From contig OZ024746.1 in assembly GCA_964016885.1 (NCBI GenBank), positions 39,618,001-39,682,000 on the forward strand: a stretch of 64,000 nucleotides of DNA. Reading direction: 5' to 3'. Shown piece by piece: positions 47,292 through 62,652 of the stretch. The notes beneath the pieces are model-generated. The model saw only the letters and a list, made by a program, of their open reading frames with translations, had not been told where the DNA came from and did not search any database. The stretch is from Eledone cirrhosa. Taxonomy: Eukaryota. Each line of letters begins with the position of its first letter. The stretch's first letter is position 1. Both the position numbers and the translations under genes were made by a program.

Positions 47292-50200
47292 ATTATTACT
47301 AGAACCACTAATGTATTGATATATTTGTCCTTGTTTTCTTGGATTTAGCAGGCGCAACATATATTTACACTTTATTAAATAAAAAGCAAAAAAAACTTAT
47401 TTCTAATAACGTTTATATAACAGCAGTAGCAGAAATGTTGCAAGGATTGTTAATAAGATGGAGGTGCTTGAATTTGAACAACTCCCAGAAAACAATAGAA
47501 CATGGAAAATATATATGATAAGAGCAAATACCACCTTATCGAAGGAGTACATCACGGAATGGGCAAAGAGGAGAGTAACACATTTCACTTTTTTCACATA
47601 TGGAAGTGGCTTTGTTATGTTCTCAAAAAAAGAAGAAAAAAAAACAATTGGAGGAAGCTTTAGTCTATGTGTGACTAAATGTGGATGTTGTTCCATCGAC
47701 TAGAGGTAGACCGTATAGAAGGGCGTGTATTGTATTTAAGACCGACGATCGAAATATTTAACACAACAAAACTCTGTTATGGAAATCTATTAATTTATTC
47801 AGCAACAAAACAAGAATATTTTATATAATATGGAGCTTCCTTTATTCCTGTTAGTTATTATTATTTGAGTAATTTTAATTCTACTCCCATGAACTTACTG
47901 CAGTTTGAACAAAATCATCTTAATATACATATCGTATGACTTAGGAAAATACTATTTGTGTAACATCGACAAAAAAACGAAACCAAAATAAAAAGACATT
48001 CCGTTTATAAGCACTATTCCTTTTAGAGTTTAATAGAAAAAAAGGAAAACTGTTCTCACGTTTACATTCAACTTTTCTCTGAAATTTCATAGTCATGTTT
48101 ATAAAACAAAGGCAAAACATATAAATCATTATATAATTAAGTGCAAATATTTCCTTAAATTGTTGCAGTGTTAAAGAAATAAAAAAAAAAAAGAAATGGT
48201 AATTCTGATCATATCTAACACATGCTTTCCTGTGTATTAAAATAAAATACATCTAAAATACTAAAACTTTCTAAATTGCAGTTTCCGATACGTCAGTCAT
48301 CATGGAAGTTGCTTCCTTGTGCCATTTCTGCAGATAAGCATCATAAGTAAAAGAAGCTGAATGCAAGCATTTTAAAAATGTTCTAGACTAAATTTCATAA
48401 AATAACTTGAACAAACGTTTCAATTACACATATTCGTGTCGTAAGGACATTGTCCTATTTTTACAAAATCTTCTATTGGTAACAATCATTAAAATTCTGT
48501 TCTGACAGTACCGTGTTAGAAATGTCACATTAAACAAACGATAAAATAATATTACCTTAAATAAACAAGATCTAGATATGTGTTTATAGTCATACTAACA
48601 TAATCAAATGCTGACTATTTTTATGTGGTTTTAATTTTCGATATACCGTTACTTCATATCTATATAATTGTTTCTATTTTTTGCACAAGGCCAGCAATTA
48701 TCCCAGTGTATTACTGGTGCTTTATTTTATCGACCCCGTGGCGAATTAGCAGAGTCATTAGAATGTCGGATAGAATGCTTTGCGGTATTCGTTTCGGTTC
48801 TCTGCTCTCTGAGTTCAAATCCCACCCAGGTCAACTTTGCCATTCAGCCATTCGATGTCGATAAATAAGAACCAGTCTAGTACTGAGGTCGATTCTTCCT
48901 CTTTATCTCTTTCTCATTTCGATTCTCTCACTCTCTATCCTTCTCTGGAAGAAATATGCTGTATTCAGATCTACAGTATGTCAATATGGTGACCCTACTG
49001 GACCATGTATGCATATCAATATTGCCTAGACAAATTGCATGGTAATATAACCATATAAAGACTGTTATTTTACAATATGCATCACATGTATGTGAGAAAT
49101 ATCTCCAACATTCTGTATGTTTCATAAAATATACTGCTGAAATTTGGTAGAAATACCTTCCCCACACCTGTTGTCCCTTTACTATTGTCAATCTACGGGT
49201 TAATAAAGGAGCGCGCCCTCTTCGTGGTCAGTTGCTAAAAATTCCACTTAAATCCAACACTGCTATCTTACAAATAGAAAATCATGTTGGATAAGGTAGC
49301 CCTTGATATAATATGTCTAAGAACAAAGGGTAGCATGGTCATGACTGCAATGTCTTCCAACATAGGTATACTTTATCAAAGCAGACTCTTTAATCGTTGT
49401 CTATTTAGATATTGATTAAAAATACGACTAAAAATTTCGCTATAATTAGTTTACACAAGTCTGACCCCACAAGCTTTAAATATGCCACGAAAATATTAGT
49501 ATTGGAAGCCTTTAAATCAGTTTAGTGCGGGCAAGGGTGGTGAAGTTGTGTATCTATTAAATTATACAACTGTTATGTATTAATAATCTAATTTGTAGAT
49601 TATAAACGAAAGATTTGCATTTTCCACTTCAATAAATTTTGTGGTATTGTATACAATAATGATTAATCTATAATAATCATTTAAAGATGTCTCCGTCTTT
49701 CTCAACGAGTTTGTTGCTATAATAACTTCAAAACTAGCGTAATCATGAATCATCGAACCCATAATTATTTATAACTAACTACCGTCTTACTTTCCCACTC
49801 TTCTCCATTCTCTCCCTATCGCTGCAAGATGGTCGTGTTTACTGCTAGTCGTAACTTTTATCAGTCCTGAGCTGGAAGTCGAGGCTCCTCTCGCTTTTCG
49901 AACGTTATCGGCCTCTCCTGCTGGCAGCAAATTGAAGCTAATATTGGAACCTCTATTTGGTCACTCAGTCTGCTAGAAATAACAGTAAAATTCCTTGAAA
50001 TGAATATCTTTTGTGTTAAAAAGAAATGACAAATTGTATGTCCTTTCTTTATAACGGGATGGTCTAAGCTAGAACGCCTTTGACCACAGGTCCCCTCGAT
50101 CAGAGCTGATCTGAGGTTAAGCAATATAAATATCTGTGATTTTCATTTTGTCATATTATGCACCGTAGCACTAGTTCGGCCTGCTTTCTTAAATTTTAAA

Positions 50201-51061
50201 AACCTACCATAAGGTCTCATAAGATCTTCTCCAAACATCGTCTAGAGCTAAAACTATATTTTCTTTTACTTTAACGGTACAATAATAGCACCGTTTTTAT
50301 AGAAATAAAGAGATATGTGCCTCACATTTGCTCGCTTTTGAATCAGAGAAGCATTTCCCTCGGTCTCTTTCATACAGTGAAAGAATTTCTGGTAGCCTCT
50401 TCAGTATTGCTAAAATCAAAACACTTCAGTGTATCTAAATTAGATTCCTTTTTCCGTTTGGCAAATTGTGTGTTTTTGTCATTGTTTATTAACAGCATTG
50501 ATAAAATTGTTGAAATTCGTGATTATAGTTGTTAAAGTATATTAAATAGAATAGTTTCGCTTATAGCATGTTGGGCTTCCTGTAAAATAAAATTTCTCTA
50601 TTTTTTGTTTGTTTGTTTTCTGTTTAGTTACGTTTATTTTCATATTTTGTGGAGTGGAGTACATTTTTCCTTTGGGGGAACCCCCTTGAGTCGATGTGTA
50701 AATAGAAAGAGAAAAATAAAATTATTTTCCAGTAATGACAAGCCTATGTCCCTTTCGGTGTTTAACAGACGTCCAATGCGTTCCAGAAGGTTGAAAATTA
50801 TTTAGAAAATAATACTTTCTTTCAGTTGTACTTCATAAAACATCGAAAACTCACGAAGCTCGTAAAATATATATCTATCATTGGCGAGTTTAATACAAGA
50901 AACAACAAGCTTAAGCTTCATAACAAAACAAGACTGATGAAAAACACTGGAGGTGTCTATTCAACCCCACCCTCAAAAATAAGAACGCAATACTTCACAA
51001 ACCTCAGGAATACGAAGATATGCCTGGTGATGCTAAAGATGTACGAATGAAACAAATGAAG

Positions 51062-51473
51062 AATTGTTTCTACTTTTGGCACAAGGCCAGCAATTACCCA
51101 GTGCATTACTGGTACTTTATTTTATCGACTCCGTAAGGATGAAAGGCAAAGTTAACCTCGGCGGGATTTGAACTCAGACTGTAAAGGGACATAACTATGC
51201 TGGAAAGCATGGCATCCGATCCTCTACCGATACTGCCAATTCACCGCCCCTAGTAATAATAATAATTGTTTCTACTTTAGGCACAAGGCCAGCAATTTTG
51301 GGGAGGGGAAAGTCGATTAAATCGACATCAGTTCATTACTGGTGCTTTATTTTATTAACTTAGTAAATATAAGCTCACCTCGGCGGGATTTGAAATCAGA
51401 ATGTAAAGGTCCGTAAATCTAGGCCGCGACGCATGGTGTCCAGCGCTCTACCGATACTGCTAATCAATCGCCC
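51062..51473 (-). mobile_element. Two tandem SINE copies (51062-51249; 51264-51473), plus a degenerate one at ~51790-51945
   Basis: Homology to 46357-46542; ctagtaataataa flanks the second copy. Confidence 0.88.
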
Positions 51474-52137
51474 TAGTAATAATAACAACAATAATCATTG
51501 TATGAAATTAGTGTAATCTCCAGATCCAATCTAGGTTATTATCCGTAGGCTTACACTGCGGTCTATATCAATCCCTTACTGTAATTTAATCTCGTTAATT
51601 CAGATACATTGTTATGTTTATCATATTTCTCTATAATTGAGGATTGGGGAATTGCTATAGTGTCGCTAAATATTAAGGCGGTAAAACAGGAAAATACACT
51701 ATCCGAATTCCTCCTCATTGTAATAACTGAAACCCTTTTGACTAGAAATTCGGTTAGTTATGTTTCCTGATCCACTGCCTTAATATGAGTTTTAATCTAA
51801 GCACAAGGTCAGCTGTTTATGTGAAAAAGAAAGCCGATTAAAATGACCTCAATACTTAACTAGTACTTATTTTATTGACCTCGGAAGGATGACCTCGGTG
51901 GTATTTGAACTCCTTCGCCGAGAGCCGAAACAAATACTACCATTTGTCAGACAATCGAACAAATACACCAATCCACCACTCTTTACTGCTTGAGCAAGAA
52001 TTCACATCTCTCTGCTACTTTAGTATGAGGAACAATACATCAGTCTTTGGATTCTTGAGCAATTATAAATATGCCTCTGAACTATAAATATTAATCGAAA
52101 TAAAATTATGATAAATGTGTGTTGCTTTAAACAGACA

Positions 52138-52333
52138 CAGACCTGCCAACCTCTAAAAGACCAAATGGGGAATACCATGAAAAAAGGTACCAAAAAAATG
52201 GGGAGAAATGAGGCAAAATGGGGAGATTTTACATAATGAAAGCTATATCCATTTTCACAAAAACCGGGAGATGGGGAGAAATTAGCTAAAACGGGGAGAT
52301 CTCCCCGTCGGACGGGGTTAGTTGACAGGTCCG
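52138..52333. mobile_element. MITE, same family, opposite orientation, 6-bp TSD (cagaca)
   Basis: cagacctgccaac...gttgacaggtccg flanked by cagaca on both sides. Confidence 0.8.
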
Positions 52334-53253
52334 CAGACATATTTCAAACCGAGCAGTGAGAAAGGTGTTAATAGGTTTGCTACTAAAAGGTTTGTAATTT
52401 AAATTAAAATATAATTGGATGTTCCAATGCCACCAGAGTTGATCTTGGTATTACATTGTTTTTGTTAGAAAAGCCTAATGTGTTGACTTACAGCTCCAGT
52501 TCTAATATGTTTGTCTTCGTGTTAGCAAAGTTTACATAACAACTGAATGGTCCCTTACTCTAAACTCAAATCTTTATGCTATCCTATTAAAACAATTTAT
52601 ATTCTTTATACATATAACTGCTTACTGCTACATTACTTCAGTGTTTTGCTTCTTATTTTGTTGTTGTTTTTTCTCAGTGGTCTTTCTTTCTACTTGTGCG
52701 TCTCCTTTTATTCAATTTTTTCTTCGCTGAAAACATAATATTAACCTTATTGGGAAATTCACATAAGTATACAATGTGTTAACTATGACTAAGCTTCACG
52801 TGAAATCCTCTTGGGGGAAAATGCGAGCTATATTCTGATAACTAGAGCCGTCAATTAACTGTTAGATTTTCCAGAACAGATGACAACGTTTATAGAATTG
52901 TGGATTTCTCGTGTAACAACAACGACAACAGAAGTAGAAGCAGTGAAAAAAGAAACATTATCAACAACTACAGCAACAACAGTCTCTATTTAAGGGCGGA
53001 AAACGCACTTCCGTATATTAGTAAGTTAAGTGCATTAATTACTAGGTCAGTAAACTATATTAACTCCAAATAACTAATCATTTATGCCAATCGCACAGTT
53101 TTCTATATGATTGACAAGAACGAGAGCAATGCGTTTGAAAAACGCCAACTCTCTAAACGAAACGATACAAAAATATAAAGGAAATTCTCTCTCTCTATAT
53201 ATATATATATATATTATATATTATGTATTAAAGGATTCTTTGTTTTACTCTCT

Positions 53254-54505
<1,252 letters not shown>

Positions 54506-54558
54506 TAAAATATTAAACAAATAATGAATAAACAATTCCTTATATTAAACAAAAAAAG

Positions 54559-54713
54559 TTCATTATTTAACGATCGTTTCTAGGGTATATATGTGTTATA
54601 ATTGGTATGCATATTCAACAGATCTATGTACAAAATTATACAAAATTATACAAATTATCAAGATTAAATATACATACCTAACACATATATACGCCGTCTT
54701 CAGAAATAATGAA
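54559..54713 (-). ncRNA. Second family F long-stem-II hammerhead (element ~54505-54793)
   Basis: Minus strand ttcattattt-CTGAAGA-long hairpin-GAAA-CGATCG-TT-aaataatgaa, with a perfect 10-bp stem I. The element ends in actaccgtaaact(c/t)ttggtagatttatctaca, as at 44423-44453 but inverted relative to the ribozyme. Confidence 0.82.
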
Positions 54714-54831
54714 GTATATTTATTGATAATAACAACAATTCAAAATATCAGTTCAAAATTGACTACCGTAAACTCTTGGTAGATTTATCTACATATATTT
54801 ATATATATATATATTTATATATATATATATT

Positions 54832-54884
<53 letters not shown>

Positions 54885-54899
54885 ATTTATATATATATA

Positions 54900-54936
<37 letters not shown>

Positions 54937-55690
54937 TAGTATAGTTAATGTGAAGCGTTGTGAGATATGTAATAAATAACTGATAAGTATTTCAGAAAGC
55001 CAGTACAATGCAGGAAAAGTATATAAAGGGAAAAGAATGACAAATAAATGAAACAAAGTAATTTTATTCTTACCCAGTATATTTCAACATAATATTTCGG
55101 AGTTAAACTGCCTTTTCAAATGCAAAAGCAAACAAAAAATAAATGATGCAAAACAAAAACGGACGATGTGTTTTTCCCTAACTGATCCAAGTTTATTATA
55201 TATAGATAATACTGAGATGTTGTTCTAATCTGTGCTTCTCTACATTTTAATGGAAAATGTTGGTCCTTCGCTATAAAAGAAATCTTCTGATTGGTTATTG
55301 GCATCCATTCAACATATCATCAGGTTAAATTCTTTAAATTCTAAAATCCGATGTCGGTTTAAAATATGTTAGCTGCTAGTTAAGAACGAAAATATTTCTA
55401 AATTTAGCCGTTTCGAACAAACGAAGAATTGTCCATATTGAAGCTGAAGATTTGTTTTGGTGGACTTAAGAAATCACATTAGATAATTGTTTTCAACAGA
55501 TGTTGCTATAATTAGGTTTGGGTAGATATGTATTAACTAGCTCTCTGTACTTCTTTCTAGTACATTAACTCAATATCCATACAATTGAAAAGCGTTTCCT
55601 GTTATTTAATAATTCGAAATCGTTATCAATATCATGTTCATGATCATGAATGCCTCCATTAGTAATAGTATTAGCATATGCATTGTGGAC

Positions 55691-55769
<79 letters not shown>

Positions 55770-56174
55770 TAAATAGATATATATATATACATAGATATAT
55801 ATGGTTATATATATATATATAATTATACATAGATATATATGGTTACATATATATATATATATATATATATACACAGTTCAAGAGTAACCAATCTTAAAGA
55901 GAGAGATGGAGATAGTAGAGGAGATATGAGAGGAGAGATTGGTGAGTTAGTTAGAAGCCAAAGCGTAAAGGCATGTGCTCAATGTGCAATATGCAGTAGA
56001 AAGCAGCTAGGTGGCTGGGTTCATGCAGAAGTTAGGTGCGCAGAGCTGGAAATATTCATTAGTTAAGCAAAACAAGACCACAAACTTCACAAGGAAGACA
56101 TTATTAAAAGATTGTCAACATATTTTAGTTTGATGTAAGGAATGTAGAGAATAATAATAATAATATTAATAATA

Positions 56175-56351
56175 ATTGTTTCTACTTGAGGCACAAGGCC
56201 AGCAATTATCCCAGTGCATTACTGGTACTTTATTTTATCGACCCCGTAAGGATGAAAGGCAAAGTTAACCTCGGCGGGATTTGAACTCAGATCATAAAGG
56301 GACGTAACTATGCTGGAAAGCATGGCGTCCGACCCTCTACCGATACTGCCA
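56175..56351 (-). mobile_element. SINE nested in the left arm of the family G hairpin
   Basis: Absent from the mirror arm; inserted in an (AAT)n run. Confidence 0.9.
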
Positions 56352-56678
56352 AATGTCCGTTTACAATTGTTTCGCTACTCCATATAATATTTCTGGATCA
56401 GATGACTATATATCATAATTGATCTGGTTCAGTTGAAAATAATTAACATATTTAAAAAACAGAGTGGCTCATCGGAACTCAAAGGAATATAAATTAAAAT
56501 AATGTTACATAATATAATGTTCCATATATTGGTTTTTACTATGGTGTCTTGGTTGCATCAGCTGTCAGTCATAATCAAGCAGTATTCATCTATCGAGGCT
56601 GCATTGTGTGAGATCTGCCTATGGGTAACAAGATTATATTATGAACATTGTATTATGTAACATTATTTTAATTTATAT

Positions 56679-56809
56679 TCCTTTGAGTTCCGATGAGCCA
56701 CGCTGTTTTTTAAATATGTTAATTATTTTCAACTGAACCAGATCAATTATGATATATAGTCATCTGATCCAGAAATATTATATGGAGTAGCGAAACAATT
56801 GTAAACGGA
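56679..56809 (+). ncRNA. Hammerhead-like ribozyme with long stem II and variant core CCGAUGA (family G); mirrored in left arm
   Basis: gtt-CCGATGA-gccac..~85 nt..gtagc-GAAA-CAATTG-TA-aac. Confidence 0.62.
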
Positions 56810-56958
56810 CATTATTATTATTAATATTATTATTATTATTCTCTACATTCCTTACATCAAACTAAAATACGTTGACAATCTTTTAATAATGTCTTCCTTG
56901 TGAAGTTTGTGGTCTTGTTTTGCTTAACTAATGAATATATATATATATATATATATGT

Positions 56959-56991
<33 letters not shown>

Positions 56992-57520
56992 GTAGTTATG
57001 GCAAGATAGATTTATGTGATAAGCAAGACTGAATAGACTGACGATAGACGTCTTCTTCTTCAGTCAATCCCCCCATCTAATTATTCAGATAGTATTTGGG
57101 TAAAACATTGAGGTTGAGGGGCAGTTGCTGCTTTCAAGTATAGTTGCAGGAAGGTGAGTGTGGTGGTCCTACTTTCAGCATGCACCTGTATGCCGGATTA
57201 AGCAGCTTGGAGAAGGGATTTGGGTAGTTAGATATTTGAGCTCCAACTAGTTGTTTCCTCTCCGAGATGCGTTTTTCTGTGATTTCTCTTTTTGTCGCTT
57301 TTCATACCTGCTTTTTCCTATTCGATTCTATAACACGTCCACTTTCTGTGATTTATCCCCTCATCCGCTATTATGGTAATAATAAAGAAAGGATTATCAT
57401 TATGCTGAAACCTATACCATGTTATTCTATGTAACACCCTCCACATGTAATGTCCCTTTCACCTGCTACGTCTGTGGCAAATAAAATAAATTATTATTAT
57501 CATCATCATCATCATTGTTG

Positions 57521-57564
<44 letters not shown>

Positions 57565-58643
57565 AACAAAATGGATGGTTCCGGTAATTTGGAAACGAAA
57601 CACTACTTGGTTTGTTTCTAAACAGATATTTCTATTCAATTTTCTTCCACATTTCTTTTTCTTTTGGCTTTCCAGCTTTCTTCCCACTTTTTTTTTTATT
57701 TTATCATTTTTTTTTTAAATGTTTTGTAACTCTTTGCCCTTCTCCCTTTTATAAACTAACTCGGTCCAAAGGAAAATTGAAAAGAAAAACCGCACAAAAC
57801 AACAACAAAAAAACAAGCAAAAATCCCACCGTGAACCAATGTTATTGTTTGTTCTGAGATTACTGGCGCTCTTCCGTTAATGGCTAGCCCGTATGTTTAG
57901 GACAGAGAATTCAGTAATTGTTTGTTAATGAGTTTCCCATAATGTTAGGCAGGTTTTGTGTGGCATTATTGAGATGTTAACATCGATAGACCGGCCAAAA
58001 AAGACACAACTTAAACAGTAATAACATAAATGTGATATATCTTCAATTTTTTTATTTATTTATATTTAATACTTGTTGTTGTTGCTGTTTTACTGACGTC
58101 ACATTTATACCCGTTTGTTTTCTGAGAAAGAAAACGTAACGTCGAAACAATATTTGTACAGATTACAGAATCAGAATTGGTTACAAGTAAATGCACCAAA
58201 TATAAATGAAAGTGAAAAGCAAACAAACAAAAAAACAACCAACAAACAAGCAAACAAACAGCCAGCAAACAAACAAACAAAACATAGTACTTGTATATAT
58301 TTCCTCGTTGGCGCCAGGTAGTTGTGACACGAGAGAAAACGGAGCGAAAATTATATGTCGGCACTCGACTCGATGGAATGGCTAGACTAAAATGGTGACT
58401 ATTGTTTCGAGTTGATGTAGAGATAGTTAGTGGTTGGGTAAAGATTTATCTTTTCTTTTCAACCCGAGAATGTCTTGTCAATTATTTCCTATCTTTCTTT
58501 CCTTTTACTAAAGCATAGGGTTTGTAAGAGAGAGAAAAAAATCCTTTCGTTCTTTGTTGAACTGGCTGGTGTGGTGTCTTGAAAAATAATAATTGCTCTG
58601 TTTAGAGAGAGAAGGGAAAACGAGAGAAAGAAAGTGTAATGAA

Positions 58644-58756
<113 letters not shown>

Positions 58757-59731
58757 TGTACGTGTATGTGTGTATGTATATATGTGTTTATATATGTATA
58801 TATGTGTATATATATATATCCCCTGTACATAGATACATACATATATATATATATATATGTATGTATGTATGTGTACATGTATGTATGTATGTGTATATGT
58901 ATATATATATATATATATATATACATACACACATACATACATACATATACACATACATATACACATACATACATGCATATATATATATATATATATAATA
59001 TATATATGCATTATATATATGTGCGGAGGGAGAGAGAGCTTAAAGGGAGATAGATAGACAAGTGAATACACACACAAACATTGTTGGTCGATCGTACGGG
59101 CAGATATACCGACATACGGACAGATAAATAGACCAAAAAAAAAAACGTGTGAGCTACATCAGCGTTTCTACCGTATGTAATTTTCCTTTGATTTGATTGA
59201 GCATTTCAATATATTTTTATAAAAGTGGCCAACTGGAATCAATAAACCCATTCTGTGATATCAGCTGAACACTAGTGGCTAGATATAGTCAGCAATATTT
59301 CTTTTATATTTACAAAATTTCGTCCTTATGTTTCGTTTTTATGATTTTGTTTTTCTGGGGTTTTTTTTTTTCTTTTGTTATATACTTGAACATTAAGAAA
59401 TTACCAGAGCAAACGATTACTTCCATTAAACTAGCTTCGTTTACTGCAATTTACAGCTGGTTACGGTTATCGTGTGATAGAGAAGCACCCTTATAAAAGG
59501 TATAACACTATCTGCAATGAACAGAATAGCTAAGAGAACGGTTGAATAGAAATGGTTGCGTAGAAGTAAGTGAGTGAAAGAAAGAAATCTATCAACAAGG
59601 CAAGGTATCAGTCAATCGTGAGTAACACTCCCCGTACTGCAAAGTATTTCAGATAGCTACTTATTCCTTATACATACCATTCAGTTAGCCATTTACTACT
59701 TTTAACGTCTACCCATAGTTGCACTTCTTTG

Positions 59732-60150
59732 TCAAATGATAATACCTGAACTGTCGTGTTGAGACAAACATAATTGCATCCTGATAAACTCATTGCACAA
59801 ATTGACATTGTCAAGCCATCGTTTTGGCTGCCCGCCTCTGCTTCTCTTACCAGACAACCTTCCTTCCAGGCATAACCTACTCACACCACGAGTTGATCTT
59901 TTTATATGGCCGTAAAGTTTGAGTACTCTTGACTTGACAATTGATGTAATTGGTCTAAGTTTGGTAATGTTGAGCAGCTCACTGATACAGATATGGTCGC
60001 TGAGCCGCTTGCTAGGCATAAGTCTCATGATGTGGGTCTGGAATGTAGAGAGCTTATGAAGTGACCTCGTCATCCAGTTAACACAGTCAAGACCATATAA
60101 CACAACTGGTAGGATGTAAGTATCAAAGATCTTAGCCTTCAAATGGACTG
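59732..60150 (-). pseudogene. LINE (RTE-like) RT C-terminal fragment
   Basis: KIFDTYILPVVLYG..KLYGHIKR..LEGRLSGKRSRGGQPKRWLDNV. Confidence 0.85.
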
Positions 60151-60339
60151 GACTTGATCTTTGCTCTTTGAACTCGGCTGCTGGGGATCGAACTTTGTGG
60201 AGAGAGATATCACATGTTAATGCGCAGTCTGCAACTGGCGGAGTTTAACGTCACAAGTAGAAGAAACTCATTGCACTCATTAAAAACACACAAAATATAA
60301 CAATCACCTCACCCTTAGTTTTTTTAATGGTTTTGTAAA

Positions 60340-60700
60340 AATAGTTTCTACATTTGGCACTAAGCCAACAATTTGAAGGGGAGGCAGAAGTTGATTTTAT
60401 CGATTTCGCATGGATGAAAGTCAAAGCTCACCTCGACGGGATTTGAAATCAGAACGTAAAGGGCCGTAACACTATGCCGCAAATTATGTTGTCCGACGCT
60501 CTATCGATACTGCCAATCCACCGCCCTATGGTTCTGTATTAATAATATATAAGGCAGTGGATTAGCAGAGTCGTTAGACGTCGGTAGTCGTTTGTAATAT
60601 TCGCTTCAGTTCTCTTGAGTTCAGATCCTACAGAGGTCATCTTTGCCTTTCATCCATTCAAAGTCGATAAAAAAAAGTATCAGTCCAATACTGGCATCGA
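60340..60700. mobile_element. Divergent head-to-head SINE pair (- at 60340-60527, + at 60552-60700)
   Basis: A/B box and core homology. Other partial or degenerate copies at 7405-7460, 21270-21350, 22705-22840, 24190-24340 and 48665-48893. Confidence 0.75.
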
Positions 60701-60745
60701 GTTTTTCCCTCTTTCTCAATTCTCGATTGCTTTCTCAATTCCTCC

Positions 60746-60821
<76 letters not shown>

Positions 60822-61391
60822 GAACTTGGCCATGTTCAAGCCCGGAGAGAGCATGGGCTTCTCCAGGTTCACCGTAGCCAAGACATGACGCCGTATGTAA
60901 AGACAATGCTATTGAGACTCCACCAAAAGTTACGGGTCAAAGATGGAAGAGCCAGTAACCATGATCTGTGCAATGTCTCACAAACTAATGTAATCAGAGC
61001 AAACGTTGCCCAACATAAAAATCTCCAAGTCAATAGCGAACATATGTTTGCTCGCATCACACCAGCGGCGTATTTGCATACCTGCATAACTACACCTTAT
61101 AATATTATGAGCATCTGTTGATGTCGTATAGAGTCTGTCAATGATATAACTATTGCGCAAACATGTCATTGAAATATATATTATGCAATAAAACAATTAT
61201 GTAAAAGTAACTCTGTTTTATCAACATTTCTTACACAACTCCGTTACACCTAATTACCAACATTTTGCTGGGGATACCTTACTGAGGTGAAGTGCTTTTG
61301 GAGTGCTTAAACCAGTTTATCCTCGCAGCATTACAATATAACCTCCACAAATAAGCACCCTAATTATCTGCACTACATATATATATATATG

Positions 61392-61436
<45 letters not shown>

Positions 61437-61438
<2 letters not shown>

Positions 61439-61670
61439 GTCATCAGCAAATTCAGCATCTGGTATCTCTTTAGTCTTTACTCTCCTGCTCTGAGCCAGTA
61501 CAACAGAGTCCTGATGTTTCTCCAGCGCAAGGCGCATACAATAGTCCACTGCGATGATAAAAAGGTAGGAAGACAATGTATCTCCTTGGAGCACTCCAGC
61601 CAGTATCTCAAAGAACTCCGTCATCCCATCACGTGTATTAACTTGGGCTCTGGGAGACGCAGGACATGGC
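61437..61670 (-). pseudogene. LINE RT core fragment
   Basis: AGVLQGDTLSSYLFIIAVDY..EFADD; truncated at (TA)n. Confidence 0.85.
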
Positions 61671-62612
61671 AACGATGATGAAGAACAGAGACCGCTGGGA
61701 AGAACTCGCCCATTGATCTCGAGAATTTTACCCGCCCTATATATATATATAAAATATATTTGTATGATATTTAATGATTAACGAATTTACCATGATGCAA
61801 TTATTTTAGCATAAGAAACAATCTTTGCACGAGGAAAGTTATTATTGAGACCAGATCTTTGCTTATATACAAGGCTCTAGATTAACATAATCGCCATGAA
61901 TGTGATTATCTCCCATTTTCTTTTCACTGAGCTGACACAGGGAAAAGAAAATAGAGAAATGGTGAGATTATGTATGTTTACATAACTTAGATTTTGATGT
62001 GATAGCTGAATACACTATCATTAGTTCTGGCATGTTAACAATGGCGTCTATAAATACGAAGACACTGGATATCCACAGTTAATTGTGGAACAGACATGTA
62101 CTTTTTCAGGAATGTTAAAACCACTAGATTGTATTGTAGTGCATCACTGCGTTTTCAGTGAACCGAACCAATGGCCCGGTTTCGATTCTAAGTTAAAACC
62201 ATTTCACACCTTCCATGTCACTACGTTTAAGTAAAGAATGTTGAATAACAGCTTATTTTTATTTTTATTTTCTAACCAACACGACCCACAAAATATCCAC
62301 ATGATTCAAAAAATTGAACAAGAAGCAAAGTATTACATTTTAACACGATGATTATTATTTACCTTTTTAAATATTTGTATACTAACGTAAACCATCAGTA
62401 GTAATATTTAGATTTTGTACTTTTGTTTGCCTCCTTAACAGTTTTGGTACATTTTGTAAATTTTTTAAAACAGTTTCAATGTTTCCCTGCTAATGTATAC
62501 CTTTAGCCTTTTAAAGAACGTACACGTTTTTGTTAATTTAATGATAATACAATCTATTAGAACATAACTGGATTCGGCGCTCATCAGCGAATTGGTTGTA
62601 GACAATATATAT

Positions 62613-62652
<40 letters not shown>

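Larger units (their letters stand above)
55872..56938 (-). mobile_element. Large fold-back element (family G): ~295-bp arms, ~180-bp tail, SINE nested in left arm
   Basis: Arms 56052-56522 (minus SINE 56175-56351) and 56643-56938 are near-identical reverse complements; TA flanks. Confidence 0.85.

Noticed and set aside
47458-47703. 81-aa non-repetitive ORF
   Set aside because: No recognisable motif; runs into poly-A low complexity.
60885-61121. 78-aa ORF with faint resemblance to a CAP/SCP-domain N-terminus
   Set aside because: Similarity is too weak, and there are no clear splice signals or companion exons; would need blastx/RNA-seq.
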